Shown here one piece after another: positions 51,206 to 62,689 of a stretch of 64,000 nucleotides of DNA. A model generated the notes under the pieces. It had not been told where the DNA came from. It did no database searches and was given only the letters and a program-made list of their open reading frames with translations. This DNA comes from Chamaesiphon sp. (lineage in GTDB: Bacteria > Cyanobacteriota > Cyanobacteriia > Cyanobacteriales > Chamaesiphonaceae). The number at the start of each line of letters is the position of its first letter. The first letter of the stretch is position 1. The position numbers and the translations under genes were made by a program. The stretch covers positions 107,160 through 171,159 of the forward strand of contig CBDFFH010000043.1 in assembly GCA_965246715.1 (NCBI GenBank). The letters are read 5' to 3'.

Positions 51206-51737
51206 AAAAATTTATCTCTACTAGACTCCGAGCGATCGGCCATTTCGATGATAGGATTCTAGACCTGCACCGGAACGTTGAGCGAGGATTATTACTCGAA
51301 TTTAGCATTTTTTCGATCGCTGCTGATGGAGTTGACTCAAGCTAATACTGCTAAATTAATAATTATTTGGCGCTGTGATTGAGACATTCGGCTCGATCCG
51401 GCTCGATCGCTTTGCAACGGATCCTCTTGGTGTTCGCTCGCAGCAACCGAGCGCCAAATATCCAGAAATTAGCGAACTAAGGAACTCACACACTAGTATT
51501 TACATCATTTAGTCTAGTGCTTCATTAATTCTACAATTATAAATATCACAGGTAATATTAGCTGCAGAGATGACATTTTTTTACTTGTCGTTGCGATCGT
51601 TTATGAGCATACAAGGAATAAAGCATTTTAGTCTCAGCATAATGACGCATAAATCGATAAATTCAGGGAAAATATCTCACCCAGATAAGGTAACTAAATT
51701 TCAGGCTTATAGGGTAACATTCATAATATAGACCCGA

Positions 51738-53174
51738 ATGGTCTGGTCCGATCGTGCCAGTAGCGCACCGAATAACAATAGTATGAAACTCAGTCACAAC
51801 TTTTCCTGGACATTAGCTGGTAATGCAATCTATGCTGCTTGTCAATGGGGAATGCTCGTAGCAATTGCTAAATTGGGAAGTCCAGAAATGTTGGGTCAAT
51901 TTACTTTAGGATTGGCAATTACCGCACCCGTGCTGATGTTTACCAATCTACACTTACGCACGGTTCAAGTTACAGATGCTAAGAAACAATATATGTTTGG
52001 CGATTACTTAGCACTAAGAATTATCGGCACGACAGTAGGCATATTAGTAATTATCTGTATCGTTGCTACCACCGGTTATCGCCCCGAAACAACTCTGGCG
52101 ATCGGCTTTATTACGCTAGCCAAAGCTTTTGAATCGCTCAGCGATGTCTGCTACGGACTGATCCAACAAAACGAGCACATGGATCGGATCGCGCGATCGT
52201 ATATCGTCAAAGGGATTCTTTCCTTATTATTGATGAGCATGGGTCTGTATGTGTCTGGGAGTATCGTCGTAGGTGCGGCGGGATTGGCGGTAGCTTGGGG
52301 TCTGGTCTTAGTTTGTCTCGATTTGCCCAATGCCTCAAAATTTCTAGATCGATCGCTGTTACCACCAGCAGGTGGCGTAAGACAGGCAGCAACAATCGGA
52401 CTCCGACCGCGTTGGGATTCTCAAAGTTTATATCGATTAGCAAAGTTATCGCTACCACTCAGCGTTGTGACGAGCTTACTTCATTTCAATGTGACTATTC
52501 CCCGTCCGCGCTGGGATGTCAAAACTTTGAAGAAGCTCGCTTGGTTAGCACTACCACTAGGCTTGGTAATGATGTTGGCTTCACTTAATTTAAACGTGCC
52601 GCGTTATTTTATCCAAAATTATTTAGGTGAGAAAGAACTGGGTATTTTTGGGGCGCTATCGTATTTAATGGTAGTGGGAAATATCGTGATCAATGCATTA
52701 TCTGAATCTGCAAGTTCGCGATTGGCAAAATACTATGCCGAGGCAGATCGAAAGAACTTTGGGATGTTAACATTCAAGTTGCTGAGTATTTTTAGCGGCT
52801 TTGGTGTCCTGGGAGTGTTATTCGCGGCGATCGTCGGCAAGCAAGCACTGACACTAATCTATCGGGCTGAGTATGCCCAACAACAAGAAGTATTCGTGTT
52901 GTTGATGATTGCGGCTGGGCTGGGCTATGTATCGACGGGTTTGGGATATGCGGTGACAGCAGCTCAGTATTTTCGAGTACAAATACCGATCTGTCTCGCT
53001 ATCACCGTCACATCTGCACTAGGTTGTCTGTGGTTGGTGCCCACGCGGGGGATGCAAGGTGCCGCCCTAGCACTAATTATGGCTGCTGTCGTCCAAATCC
53101 TCATGCATTTAAGCGTAATCGCTCATGCTTTATTCAAGCTCGAAGGCCGCTCGAAGCTAAGACAGATCGAGTAA
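51738..53174 (+). CDS. wzx: Oligosaccharide flippase (Wzx)
   Basis: NFSWTLAGN.IYAACQW; about 12 TM helices; cluster context. Confidence 0.85.
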   Translation: MVWSDRASSAPNNNSMKLSHNFSWTLAGNAIYAACQWGMLVAIAKLGSPEMLGQFTLGLAITAPVLMFTNLHLRTVQVTDAKKQYMFGDYLALRIIGTTVGILVIICIVATTGYRPETTLAIGFITLAKAFESLSDVCYGLIQQNEHMDRIARSYIVKGILSLLLMSMGLYVSGSIVVGAAGLAVAWGLVLVCLDLPNASKFLDRSLLPPAGGVRQAATIGLRPRWDSQSLYRLAKLSLPLSVVTSLLHFNVTIPRPRWDVKTLKKLAWLALPLGLVMMLASLNLNVPRYFIQNYLGEKELGIFGALSYLMVVGNIVINALSESASSRLAKYYAEADRKNFGMLTFKLLSIFSGFGVLGVLFAAIVGKQALTLIYRAEYAQQQEVFVLLMIAAGLGYVSTGLGYAVTAAQYFRVQIPICLAITVTSALGCLWLVPTRGMQGAALALIMAAVVQILMHLSVIAHALFKLEGRSKLRQIE

Positions 53175-53412
53175 GTAAATATGTCTTGCTGCTTGGTGCT
53201 AATTTGCGCGGTGAGTTGTGAATTTAAACTTATCAAAACTAGCGATCTCGGTCGATCTCGTGGCAATTTTTCCCCACTTAGGCTGACACTGGATTGAGCA
53301 TTACTGCTGATGACTCTAGCGATCGTTTTTACCTAAACTATGAGGCACAACCGGATTTGGAAATCAGTCGTTAGAGTTTAATGTCCGTGCTTAATCTGCC
53401 TCTAAAAAAATT

Positions 53413-54636
53413 ATGAATCTCGCTGTCGTTAGCGTAGCCTCTCCTAAAGAGAATCGCCCGCCCATTCGTATTCTCCAAGTCGTAGGGATGATGAATCGCG
53501 GGGGTGCCGAAACTTGGTTGATGCATATTTTACGTAATCTCGATCGCGAAAAATTTCACATCGATTTTCTGGTGGGCACGACAGCACCATGTGCTTATGA
53601 TGATGAAATTCGATCGTTGGGCAGCCGGATAATTCCCTGTATGGGTGCGGCAAACCCGCTGACCTACGGTGGTAAATTCAACCAGATCTTGCGCGAATAT
53701 GGCCCATATGATGTCATTCACGGTCATATCCATCACTATAATGGGGTAATTCTTCGCTGTGCAGAGCGAGCTGGCGTGCCGATTCGCGTCTGTCACAGTC
53801 ATATCGATTCTAGTCCGCTCGAAGCCAAGGCTGGATGGTTGCGCCGTGCGTACTTAAATTTGATGAAGACTTGGATCGGACGACACGCGACAGTCGGGTT
53901 AGGCTGCAGCGAGGTGGCTAGTGCTAATTTGTTCGGCTCTAACTGGCAAACCGATCCGCGCTGGCAGCTGTATTACTGTGGGATCGATCTGGATCCATTC
54001 ACACTAGTGCCAGATTGCCAGAGTGTGCGGCGGGAACTGGGGATTCCCAAAGATGCCTTTGTCATCGGACATGTCGGCCGCTTTCAGGAACAGAAGAATC
54101 ATGAGTTCTTGGTCGAGATCTTTGCCGAAATCCTCGATCGAGAACCCCAAGCATATCTTTTATTATTAGGCGAAGGGCCACTCAGACCCGCGATCGAGCA
54201 ACAAGTCAGTGCCAAGCAACTCCAGCATCGGACGCTGTTTGCTGGCAGTCGTCCGGATGTGCCTCGGGTAATGTTGGGTGCGATGGATGCGTTTGTGATG
54301 CCGTCCCTGTGTGAAGGTTTACCGTTGGTGGGCATCGAAGTTCAAGCAGCGGGGTTGCCAAGCTTTTTGTCTGAGGCAATTACGCCAGAGGTCTGTGTGG
54401 TCGAGCCGCTGGTCGAGTATCTGAGTTTGTCCCAATCGGCTGCGAGTTGGGCCGATGCGATTCTCAGAGCGCGCGAGCGCGTGCCGCTCGGCCAGAGTGA
54501 GGCATTGGAGTGCGTGCGGCAGAGTCCATTTAATATTCAGGTCGGAGTGCCAAAACTCACAAATATTTATACTAGAGCGCGGGAAGAAACTACTTACCAA
54601 GAAATGGTGGGGATATCTACAGCAACCTCTAGGTGA
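53413..54636 (+). CDS. GT4 glycosyltransferase
   Basis: M.RGGAET, GHVGRF..QKNH, PS..EGLP...EVQAAG. Confidence 0.9.
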   Translation: MNLAVVSVASPKENRPPIRILQVVGMMNRGGAETWLMHILRNLDREKFHIDFLVGTTAPCAYDDEIRSLGSRIIPCMGAANPLTYGGKFNQILREYGPYDVIHGHIHHYNGVILRCAERAGVPIRVCHSHIDSSPLEAKAGWLRRAYLNLMKTWIGRHATVGLGCSEVASANLFGSNWQTDPRWQLYYCGIDLDPFTLVPDCQSVRRELGIPKDAFVIGHVGRFQEQKNHEFLVEIFAEILDREPQAYLLLLGEGPLRPAIEQQVSAKQLQHRTLFAGSRPDVPRVMLGAMDAFVMPSLCEGLPLVGIEVQAAGLPSFLSEAITPEVCVVEPLVEYLSLSQSAASWADAILRARERVPLGQSEALECVRQSPFNIQVGVPKLTNIYTRAREETTYQEMVGISTATSR

Positions 54637-54684
54637 ATTTAGATACACAATTTATAGTTCGATACATGTGCAGGGAAATTCAAG

Positions 54685-56328
54685 ATGATCGATCAAAGCA
54701 AAATGGTGGTGCAAAAGCGCGGTAGAAACTGGCTGGTGTTATTGACTCAAGCCTATGTGCTGATCGGCTTGGCAATTTTTGGTATTGTTTATGCCATTAA
54801 TCCATCGGGATTTATGTTCTCAGCAGAAACAGCATTCCAAGTGATGTGCCATCTTTATCTGGGGCTAACACTTTGGTCTTTTGTTTCTTGGTATTTGATT
54901 ACCAATCGCTTGTTCGACCCTTATATCTTATTTTTTTTCGCAGCGAATATTTTTAATGGCGGACAAATCGGATTAGAGGTGTTTAACCTCAATGAAAATG
55001 GCTTCTTAGGTAATACCTTTTCGACTGCTGAAGCTTTACAAGTAGTTTATGTGGTAACTTTAGCAATTGCGACGATGCATTTTGGCGCATTACTCGCCGT
55101 CGTCCTCGACCGTCACAAAACTGGAGCTGAGAAATTTCGAGATTTTCTCGATCGGACATCCGAACTAAGTGCTGATTATCGATTTGGGGGCGAGCCAACT
55201 CCATCTTCCGCACTCATGCAATATTCTGCCCCACCGACAACCGCTGCTCCAGCAAATTTTTTTAGATCGTCGATCGTGCCACTGAGTAATATTTTGGCAG
55301 TGGGACGGGTCTTTTTATGTATCTCGGTCATTCCCGTATTAATCACAGCTTTTGGTGCGATTCAGGTTGCCAAATCTGGTGGCTATGCTTCACTGTACGA
55401 ACAACAAGCCACCACCGGACTCGCCGCGTCAGCTTCGATCGTTGCTGACTTTATTTTCCCAGGGGTATTTCTGACGATCGCGGGTGGTAAACGTAACCCA
55501 AAATTGAGGATATTTGCCGTCTTATTTATGCTGTTATATACCTGTGCAAAACTAGCGATCGGTACGCGGGGCGCGGCAGTGATGCCCTTACTAGCAATGT
55601 TATGGCTGTGGAATGAGGTCGTCAAACCAATTCCCAAGTCGTTATTGTTTGGTGTGGTGGCACTGATGTTATTGGTGGTTTTCCCCGTCATCGGGGCGAC
55701 CCGTAATGAAGTTGCTGGGGTAGATCTATTCTCGATCGACTTTTTGACTAAAACGCTCACGGGTGTGAACAACCCCTTAGTCGCATCGATTTCCGAGATG
55801 GGATTTAGTGCTACCACGATCGGCTGGACGATGGATCTCGTGCCCAAGGTGCGACCGTTCGCGTTAGGTTCGACGATCTTGGTGGCAATTTTCACGCTGG
55901 TTCCCAATGTATTTACCTCCGGTCGTCACCCCGCTTTAACGATGTCTGGTTATGATATTCCAGATTTCTGGCTAGTTGGCGAACTAGATAAAGACTTTGC
56001 CGAGCGCGGCGGCAGTTTTGGGTTCTCTTTTATTGCGGAAGCTTATCTCAATTTCGGGTGGTTCGGCATAATTTTCATGGGCTTACTGGGATTTGGCTAT
56101 GCCAAGCTCGTTCAATGGGCGATTCGAGATCGCGATCCAGTCAAAATGGCGATTATTGCGACATTTGTGTCGTTCTTTCTATTTTATCCACGCGCTTCGC
56201 TCCACTTAGTACTCAGACCATTTATCTGGTATGCAGTAGTTCCTTATTTAAGCGTGAAATGGATGAGTAGAATCGATTCAAGTAGAGCAAAAAACCTCTT
56301 AAATGCTTTAAGAAAAGGCGATCGGTAA
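54685..56328 (+). CDS. wzy: Polysaccharide polymerase (Wzy)
   Basis: Polytopic membrane protein with G.GFSFIAEAYLNFG; located between glycosyltransferases. Confidence 0.8.
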   Translation: MIDQSKMVVQKRGRNWLVLLTQAYVLIGLAIFGIVYAINPSGFMFSAETAFQVMCHLYLGLTLWSFVSWYLITNRLFDPYILFFFAANIFNGGQIGLEVFNLNENGFLGNTFSTAEALQVVYVVTLAIATMHFGALLAVVLDRHKTGAEKFRDFLDRTSELSADYRFGGEPTPSSALMQYSAPPTTAAPANFFRSSIVPLSNILAVGRVFLCISVIPVLITAFGAIQVAKSGGYASLYEQQATTGLAASASIVADFIFPGVFLTIAGGKRNPKLRIFAVLFMLLYTCAKLAIGTRGAAVMPLLAMLWLWNEVVKPIPKSLLFGVVALMLLVVFPVIGATRNEVAGVDLFSIDFLTKTLTGVNNPLVASISEMGFSATTIGWTMDLVPKVRPFALGSTILVAIFTLVPNVFTSGRHPALTMSGYDIPDFWLVGELDKDFAERGGSFGFSFIAEAYLNFGWFGIIFMGLLGFGYAKLVQWAIRDRDPVKMAIIATFVSFFLFYPRASLHLVLRPFIWYAVVPYLSVKWMSRIDSSRAKNLLNALRKGDR

Positions 56329-56472
56329 TGCCTTGAGGCTATAGCAATTTGCTTAACCCGAACGGACGTTAAGTAAATTACCCCTCGATCGCCTTGTGGC
56401 AGCGACAGACTAGCGTCCGAGTGAAAATTATAAATAATTGCCTGGTTTGGCAGCTTAAATTCAAAGTTAACT

Positions 56473-57663
56473 ATGAAAGTAATTATCCCCCTCGAACATC
56501 GTTTCGAGCGAACTCCAGATGGCCGAGTGTGGACGCAGACAACTTTTGCCTATAGTTTCTGGTTGCGATATCTCAAGATATTCGATCGGGTAGGTGTCAT
56601 CGCTCGCGTTCGCGATGTACCGACGGTGCCTGCGGATTGGCAACAGGCGAATGGGGAAAATGTGGAGTTTACCGCAATCCCCTACTATATCGGGCCGTGG
56701 CAATATCTCCGCAAAGCCAGTCAAGTCAAACGAATCGCTCAAAGGGCGATCGGTGCTGACGATGCGCTGATTCTCCGGATCCCATCCCAGCTAGCGACGG
56801 TGATGCAACCCGTAATTAGGCGTACCAACCATCCCTATGCCGTAGAAATCGTTGCCGATCCGTATGATGTCTTCGCGCCTGGATCGATTTCCAATCCGCT
56901 CCGACCGTTTTTTCGCTGGTTGTCTCCACGTCAATTGCGCCAAGACTGTCAGCGCGCGATGGCTGCTGCATACGTGACCAAATTTGCACTACAAAATCGC
57001 TATCCCTGCCCAAATTTGTCGCAAGGGATTTCGGATGTCGTCCTTCCCGACGAAAGTATCGTGGCTGCGCCGCGTCCGGCGCGGCAAGCGGCGGGAACGA
57101 TAACGCTGGTCTTTATCGGTACAATGGCTCAGCTCTATAAGGCTCCAGATATTTTGATTAAAGCAGTTGCTATTTGTGTCAAACAGGGACTAGACCTGAA
57201 GTTGCAAATGCTCGGTGACGGTCGATTTCGATCGACCTTAACCGAGCTAGCTGCTACCGAAAATATCAGCGATAACGTAAATTTTCTCGGACAACTCGCT
57301 TCCGGTAGTGCCGTCAGGGAACAACTCGATCGGGCGGATATTTTCATCTTGCCATCTTATCAAGAAGGTTTGCCTAGAGCGATGGTCGAAGCGATGGCGC
57401 GCGCCTTACCCTGTATCGGTTCCGCCGTCGGGGGCGTACCCGAGCTTTTACCGCCGGAAGATCTGGTCGTACCGGGTGATGTCAATGCCCTCGCTGCCAA
57501 AATTCGGGAAATCGCCACCGATCCCGATCGTCTGGCGCAAATGTCCGCACGCAACCTCGCTACAGCGCAGGCATATCGGGACGAGGTGCTGGCGGTGCAA
57601 CGCACCGACTTCTATCGCTACGTCCGCGATCGCACTGAGAAATGGTTGGCGCACCGTCAGTAA
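56473..57663 (+). CDS. GT4 glycosyltransferase
   Basis: DIFILPSYQEGLPRAMVEAMA. Confidence 0.9.
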   Translation: MKVIIPLEHRFERTPDGRVWTQTTFAYSFWLRYLKIFDRVGVIARVRDVPTVPADWQQANGENVEFTAIPYYIGPWQYLRKASQVKRIAQRAIGADDALILRIPSQLATVMQPVIRRTNHPYAVEIVADPYDVFAPGSISNPLRPFFRWLSPRQLRQDCQRAMAAAYVTKFALQNRYPCPNLSQGISDVVLPDESIVAAPRPARQAAGTITLVFIGTMAQLYKAPDILIKAVAICVKQGLDLKLQMLGDGRFRSTLTELAATENISDNVNFLGQLASGSAVREQLDRADIFILPSYQEGLPRAMVEAMARALPCIGSAVGGVPELLPPEDLVVPGDVNALAAKIREIATDPDRLAQMSARNLATAQAYRDEVLAVQRTDFYRYVRDRTEKWLAHRQ

Positions 57664-57813
57664 TTAATTTAGATTAATTGAGCCAGATCGCTGGTAATTG
57701 AGAATTAGGGCGATTGTTACTCAAATACGAGTTGCTGTTTGACAACCACAAAGTATCGCTCCCACCGCTCTCGATCGATCCCCCTAATTCAGCAACGCCA
57801 AGCATTAATTCAG

Positions 57814-58959
57814 ATGACTAAACTTTTGATGGTGACGACGGTTCCGAGCACGCTACGGGGGTTTCTATTGCCCTTTGTCGCGCATTTTCGCAAGCTCGGG
57901 TGGCAGGTAGATGGCATGGCTTGTGGGGTGTCAAATTCGGCTGAGTGCGTAGCCGCCTTCGATAATGTCTGGGAGGTAGAATGGTCGCGCAATCCCGTGG
58001 ATCCGCGCAATCTCATCGTCTCACCGCGCATCATTCGCGAGATCGTCACCCGCGAACGGTACGATATCGTTCACGTCCATACTCCAGTTGCCGCCTTCGT
58101 GACGCGATATGCCTTACAAAATTTGCGATCGCAACTACCCGTAAAAGTAATTTACATGGCGCACGGGTTTCATTTTTATCATGGTGGCAAGCCCATCAAA
58201 AATGCAGTATTTATCGGGTTAGAAAAGCTGGCTGGTGGCTGGACAGATTATTTAGTTACCATCAACCATGAGGATAAAGCAGCGGCGGTCGATCGCGGTA
58301 TCATTGCGCCCGAACGCCTGCGATACATGCCCGGAATCGGTGTCGATTTAGATTACTACAACTCTGATTTAGTCTCAGCCAACGATGTCGCCAACCTGCG
58401 CCAAGAGCTAGAGATCGTTGCTGAGATGCCCTTACTGCTATCTGTCGCCGAATTTACCGCCCGCAAACGGCACAAAGATACGATCGCGGCATTTGCCAAA
58501 CTCGATCGCGCTGACGTGCATCTGGCGATCGCTGGCAGCGGCCCGTTGTTCGAACCGATGCAGCAGTTAGCGACACAATTAGGCGTTGCCAAGCGGATCC
58601 ATTTTTTGGGCAACCGCAAAGATATTCCGACCTTAATGAAAGCCGCTACCGCTAATATTCTGGCTTCCGCGCAGGAGGGTTTACCCCGCAGCGTACTGGA
58701 GTCGCTAGCTTTGGGACTACCGACGATCGGTACTAAGATTCGGGGTACTCAGGATTTGTTAGCAGATGGCTGTGGGTTATTAGTAGAACTTGGTGATGTT
58801 GAAGGATTGGCGCAGGCGATGGCCCAGATGCTCGATCGACCCGATGAGGCTAGAGCGATCGCTCAGCGCGGTCGCGAACGAGTATCTGCATACGATCTAG
58901 AGTCGATTATTAAGTTGCATGAGGATTTGTACGGTGAGGCTTTAGGGGACAGAAGATAA
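57814..58959 (+). CDS. GT4 glycosyltransferase
   Basis: HVHTPVA, HGFHFY, EGLPRSVLESLA. Confidence 0.9.
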   Translation: MTKLLMVTTVPSTLRGFLLPFVAHFRKLGWQVDGMACGVSNSAECVAAFDNVWEVEWSRNPVDPRNLIVSPRIIREIVTRERYDIVHVHTPVAAFVTRYALQNLRSQLPVKVIYMAHGFHFYHGGKPIKNAVFIGLEKLAGGWTDYLVTINHEDKAAAVDRGIIAPERLRYMPGIGVDLDYYNSDLVSANDVANLRQELEIVAEMPLLLSVAEFTARKRHKDTIAAFAKLDRADVHLAIAGSGPLFEPMQQLATQLGVAKRIHFLGNRKDIPTLMKAATANILASAQEGLPRSVLESLALGLPTIGTKIRGTQDLLADGCGLLVELGDVEGLAQAMAQMLDRPDEARAIAQRGRERVSAYDLESIIKLHEDLYGEALGDRR

Positions 58960-59062
58960 ATTCCCCACCAGAAATTATCAGCCATCGCAGGATAAAAACC
59001 TTGAAAAACGGCATCATTATCTTCGCTGTGGGCAGCGCAACAAATACCATGTAGAGACCGAA

Positions 59063-59878
59063 TTAGCCGCCATCAGCCGCACGAGAGACATCTTCCCATT
59101 CCCGCCAGACGTTCAGCCGCTGCTCGTATACTTTGGGCACGAATTGGGTGGCGAACTCTCCCAGAAGTAGTCGCAACGGTGGGTTGTCGGCATCAACGAG
59201 CTTGAGAATTGCCGCACTCGATGCACTCGGATCGCCGCTCTTGACACTTGCATTTCGGTTGGCTCTTGCAGCACGCAAGCTGTCATATTCACTCATCGGC
59301 GTAGCGTGTACCGCTGAACTACCCGACCAGTCGGTATCAAACCCACCTGGCTCGATAATGGTGACTTTGATGCCAAATGGTGCCACCTCTTGGCTGAGTG
59401 CCTCGCTAAACCCCTCTAATCCCCACTTAGAAGCGTGGTACAGTCCTAGCACGGGGAAAGCTCCGATCCCGCCAATGCTGGAGACCTGTAAAATGTGTCC
59501 GCTGCCTTGCGATCGCAGGTATGGCAACGCTGCTTGCGTGACCCACAGTGCCCCAAACAAATTGGCTTCGAGCTGAGCGCGAGCTTCCGCCTCGCTGACT
59601 TCTTCGATCGCCCCAAACAAGCCATAGCCGGCATTATTGACAATAACGTCGAGTTGTCCGAATCGATCGTAGGCCGTTTTCACTGCTTCAAAATCCGCCG
59701 CTCGATCGGTGACATCCAGCCGCAGCGGCAAGATCCGATCGCCAAACCGCTCCACCAAATCGCTAAGACTGTCTGGATTCCGTGCCGTCGCCGCTACTCT
59801 GTCGCCGCGCTCCAGTGCTGCCTGCGTCCATTCGCGACCAAATCCCCGCGATGTTCCCGTAATAAACCACGTTTTCAT
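59063..59878 (-). CDS. Short-chain dehydrogenase/reductase
   Basis: TGTSRGFG, NNAG, YHASK. Confidence 0.92.
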   Translation of the reverse strand: MKTWFITGTSRGFGREWTQAALERGDRVAATARNPDSLSDLVERFGDRILPLRLDVTDRAADFEAVKTAYDRFGQLDVIVNNAGYGLFGAIEEVSEAEARAQLEANLFGALWVTQAALPYLRSQGSGHILQVSSIGGIGAFPVLGLYHASKWGLEGFSEALSQEVAPFGIKVTIIEPGGFDTDWSGSSAVHATPMSEYDSLRAARANRNASVKSGDPSASSAAILKLVDADNPPLRLLLGEFATQFVPKVYEQRLNVWREWEDVSRAADGG

Positions 59879-60004
59879 AGATCCTCATCCCTAATCTATC
59901 GTTGACTATGTAGCATAGCGCGAACATAGTGCCGTCTGGCTCGATAAATAGGTATAAAAAATTAGGGCAATAGCAGCTAGTTAAAAATTTCTGGTTAGAT
60001 CGAA

Positions 60005-60032
60005 ATACCCCACCTAAATTCAGGTGGGGTAT
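60005..60032 (-). terminator. Hairpin downstream of gap2
   Basis: ATACCCCACCT-AAATTC-AGGTGGGGTAT, about 25 bp after the stop. Confidence 0.55.
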
Positions 60033-60056
60033 CCAGTTCGATCGGGCAATATTAAT

Positions 60057-61070
60057 TTATTTAACCCATTTTGCGCCAACGATTTCGGCCAAGTCAACTA
60101 CCCGTTGACTATAACCCCACTCATTATCGTACCAAGCGATGACTTTGATCATATCGTCGCCCATCACCATTGTCAGGCTAGAGTCGATCGTACAGGAGGC
60201 ATCGACACCCTTAAAATCGCTAGAAACTAGTGGTAGCTCACAGAAGTCCATAATTCCTTTCATCGAGCTTTCAGCAGCCGCCTTGAGGACAGCATTCACT
60301 TCTTCGGTGAAGGTTTTCTTCTCAACGTTGATTACCAAATCGACTACAGACACGTTAGGAGTAGGCACCCGCAACGCGATGCCATTGAGCTTACCTTTGA
60401 GTTCTGGTAATACCAAGGCGACTGCCGAAGCAGCACCAGTAGATGTCGGTACGATATTCATTGCCGCAGCACGCGCGCGGCGTAAATCGCGGTGAGAGGC
60501 ATCCAACAGTCGTTGGTCGCCAGTATAACTATGAGTGGTGGTCATCGTCCCTTTGATAATCCCAAAGTTGTCGTTGAGAACTTTGGCAAAAGGTGCCAGA
60601 CAGTTAGTGGTACAGCTAGCGTTACTAATGATGAAATGCTTGTTGTGATCGTAGTCTTTGTCGTTAACACCAACGACAAATGTGCCATCTTCGTTTTTGC
60701 CGGGAGCGGTAATCAATACCTTCTTCGCGCCAGCTTTGATATGTCGGGATGCACCCTCATGGCTGATGAAAACACCTGTAGATTCAATTACTAGGTCGAT
60801 TTCCCAATCTTTCCAAGGCAAATTGTCTGGGTTACGATCGGATACGCATTTAATCGTTTTGCCATTGACTGTAATCGTGTGGTCGTCGGCACTGATGTCA
60901 GCATCGAACTTGCCTAACATGGTGTCGTATCTGAGCAAGTGTGCATTGGTTCTGGGGTCGGAAGTATCATTGATCCCAACTACTTCGATGTTACTGCTAG
61001 TGCGTCCCAGCCAACACCGCATGAAATTTCGTCCGATCCGCCCGAACCCATTAATTGCGACTCTAATCAC
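60057..61070 (-). CDS. gap2: NAD(P)-dependent glyceraldehyde-3-phosphate dehydrogenase (Calvin-cycle type)
   Basis: [46 protein letters not shown]. Confidence 0.93.
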   Translation of the reverse strand: MIRVAINGFGRIGRNFMRCWLGRTSSNIEVVGINDTSDPRTNAHLLRYDTMLGKFDADISADDHTITVNGKTIKCVSDRNPDNLPWKDWEIDLVIESTGVFISHEGASRHIKAGAKKVLITAPGKNEDGTFVVGVNDKDYDHNKHFIISNASCTTNCLAPFAKVLNDNFGIIKGTMTTTHSYTGDQRLLDASHRDLRRARAAAMNIVPTSTGAASAVALVLPELKGKLNGIALRVPTPNVSVVDLVINVEKKTFTEEVNAVLKAAAESSMKGIMDFCELPLVSSDFKGVDASCTIDSSLTMVMGDDMIKVIAWYDNEWGYSQRVVDLAEIVGAKWVK

Positions 61071-61375
61071 AGCCTCTTGCCCTCTTTTCTTAAACTCAGT
61101 ATATATTTAGCGATCGTACCAGAGATCGTATCGCAAACCATACACATCTTCATTTTTTAATTGGGAGCAAGGCGTGGAGACTTGGTAAAATAGGGTTGAT
61201 GTTCCAGCTAAGCACTCGATTCAGCGATTCCTAAAATCGCCATCGAGATCCTCTTCCTCACTGAAATTTAGCACTCGCTCGGGCACAAAGATTGGTGGGG
61301 ACGATCGCGCTGGTGGAGAATCTCCGAAATTCATTTAAAATATGCTCATTGCCGTCTCGATCGAACTGACCATCC

Positions 61376-62386
61376 ATGGCTCGGAAATCTACCAAATTAC
61401 CAGCAAAAAACCCTACGGTGAGTACCCTCGCGATCTCCGAACTTCGGATCGGACTAGAATTTTTAGAGCGAGAAAATCACAAATTGCTCGGAAAAATTGA
61501 AAAAAAACGGACGGAATTAAATAATTTGCTCGATCGGATCCGCGCAATCTCGGTTGAAGTATCCCAACGCAGCGCGCCGATCCTCCAACAACTTGTGGAT
61601 CTCGATCTCAAGCTCCATGCGGCATTTGCCGAAATTTTTGCAGGCAAAAAGCTTGGGAAACAAACCCGCAAAAATATCGAACGCGTATATGCGAATCTTC
61701 AGGATGCTGGCTTGATTAGTCCGCGCCGCGAGGCAGCTCGCGCTGGCGGTGAATTTGAAACCGATGACTCAGCAGAGCCGCCTGATTGGGAGTGGGGCGA
61801 ACGGCAAGATGGATCGAGCTTTGAAGTAGAATCAGCCACACCCGATCGCGATGAACTAAAAAAAATTCGCCAAATCTTCTTGAGACTAGCAGAAGTTTTT
61901 CATCCCGATCGCACCGCCGATCCCGAACTCCGCAGCTATCATACGGCAGTAATGCAGGAAATCAATCAGGCTTACCAGTCGGGTGACTTAGCAAAATTAT
62001 TAGCGATCGAACAAAAACACCAGCTCGGCGAAATAATCGATCGAGACGATCGCGACGATCTCCTGCGTCGATATCTCCAAATCGAACGCGAACATGAATT
62101 TCTCAAAAGTCAATTCGAGCAGCTTAAACTCGAGTTGCGCGTGACTAAAAATACCCACCAAGGATCGATGGTAACTGAATATCAAAAGCTCTCCAAAGCT
62201 GGCTACGATCCCATCGGTGAGCTAGTCGCCCAGACCCGATCGCAAGTCGAAACAATTGCTGAAGTCTATCGCTTCGTCATCGACTTTCGGGAGCGCCGGA
62301 TTACAATTAAAGACTTCATGAAAGGGCCGCCGAGCTTCCAACAAATTTCTGAAGAAGACCTATTTATGGGGTTTTTTGAGTTATGA
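61376..62386 (+). CDS. Coiled-coil protein with central J-domain-like region
   Basis: IRQIF.RLA..FHPD....M.EIN.AY. Confidence 0.75.
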   Translation: MARKSTKLPAKNPTVSTLAISELRIGLEFLERENHKLLGKIEKKRTELNNLLDRIRAISVEVSQRSAPILQQLVDLDLKLHAAFAEIFAGKKLGKQTRKNIERVYANLQDAGLISPRREAARAGGEFETDDSAEPPDWEWGERQDGSSFEVESATPDRDELKKIRQIFLRLAEVFHPDRTADPELRSYHTAVMQEINQAYQSGDLAKLLAIEQKHQLGEIIDRDDRDDLLRRYLQIEREHEFLKSQFEQLKLELRVTKNTHQGSMVTEYQKLSKAGYDPIGELVAQTRSQVETIAEVYRFVIDFRERRITIKDFMKGPPSFQQISEEDLFMGFFEL

Positions 62387-62689
62387 AGTTCTCTGGCTGT
62401 AGGAGATTGTTTAAGAGCTATTTCGCGATGTTCGATCGAGCGAATCTTGAAATTTGAAACGACGATACAACCTTGAAACATTAGCGCGATCGGGAATATT
62501 TTTATCCACAAAATTACGCTCGATCGACAGTAACCCTTGCCCGAACTGCTGCTATGCTCTAAGATTGCAATCTTACTTTAGTTCCTGGTTAGTTTGAGTA
62601 GATCGCATTATGATTACTCGCTTGGCATAACACTTGACAACAGATAAGTTTTCTCCACTATTTATAAAATTAGCTGGATCTCGATAGTA

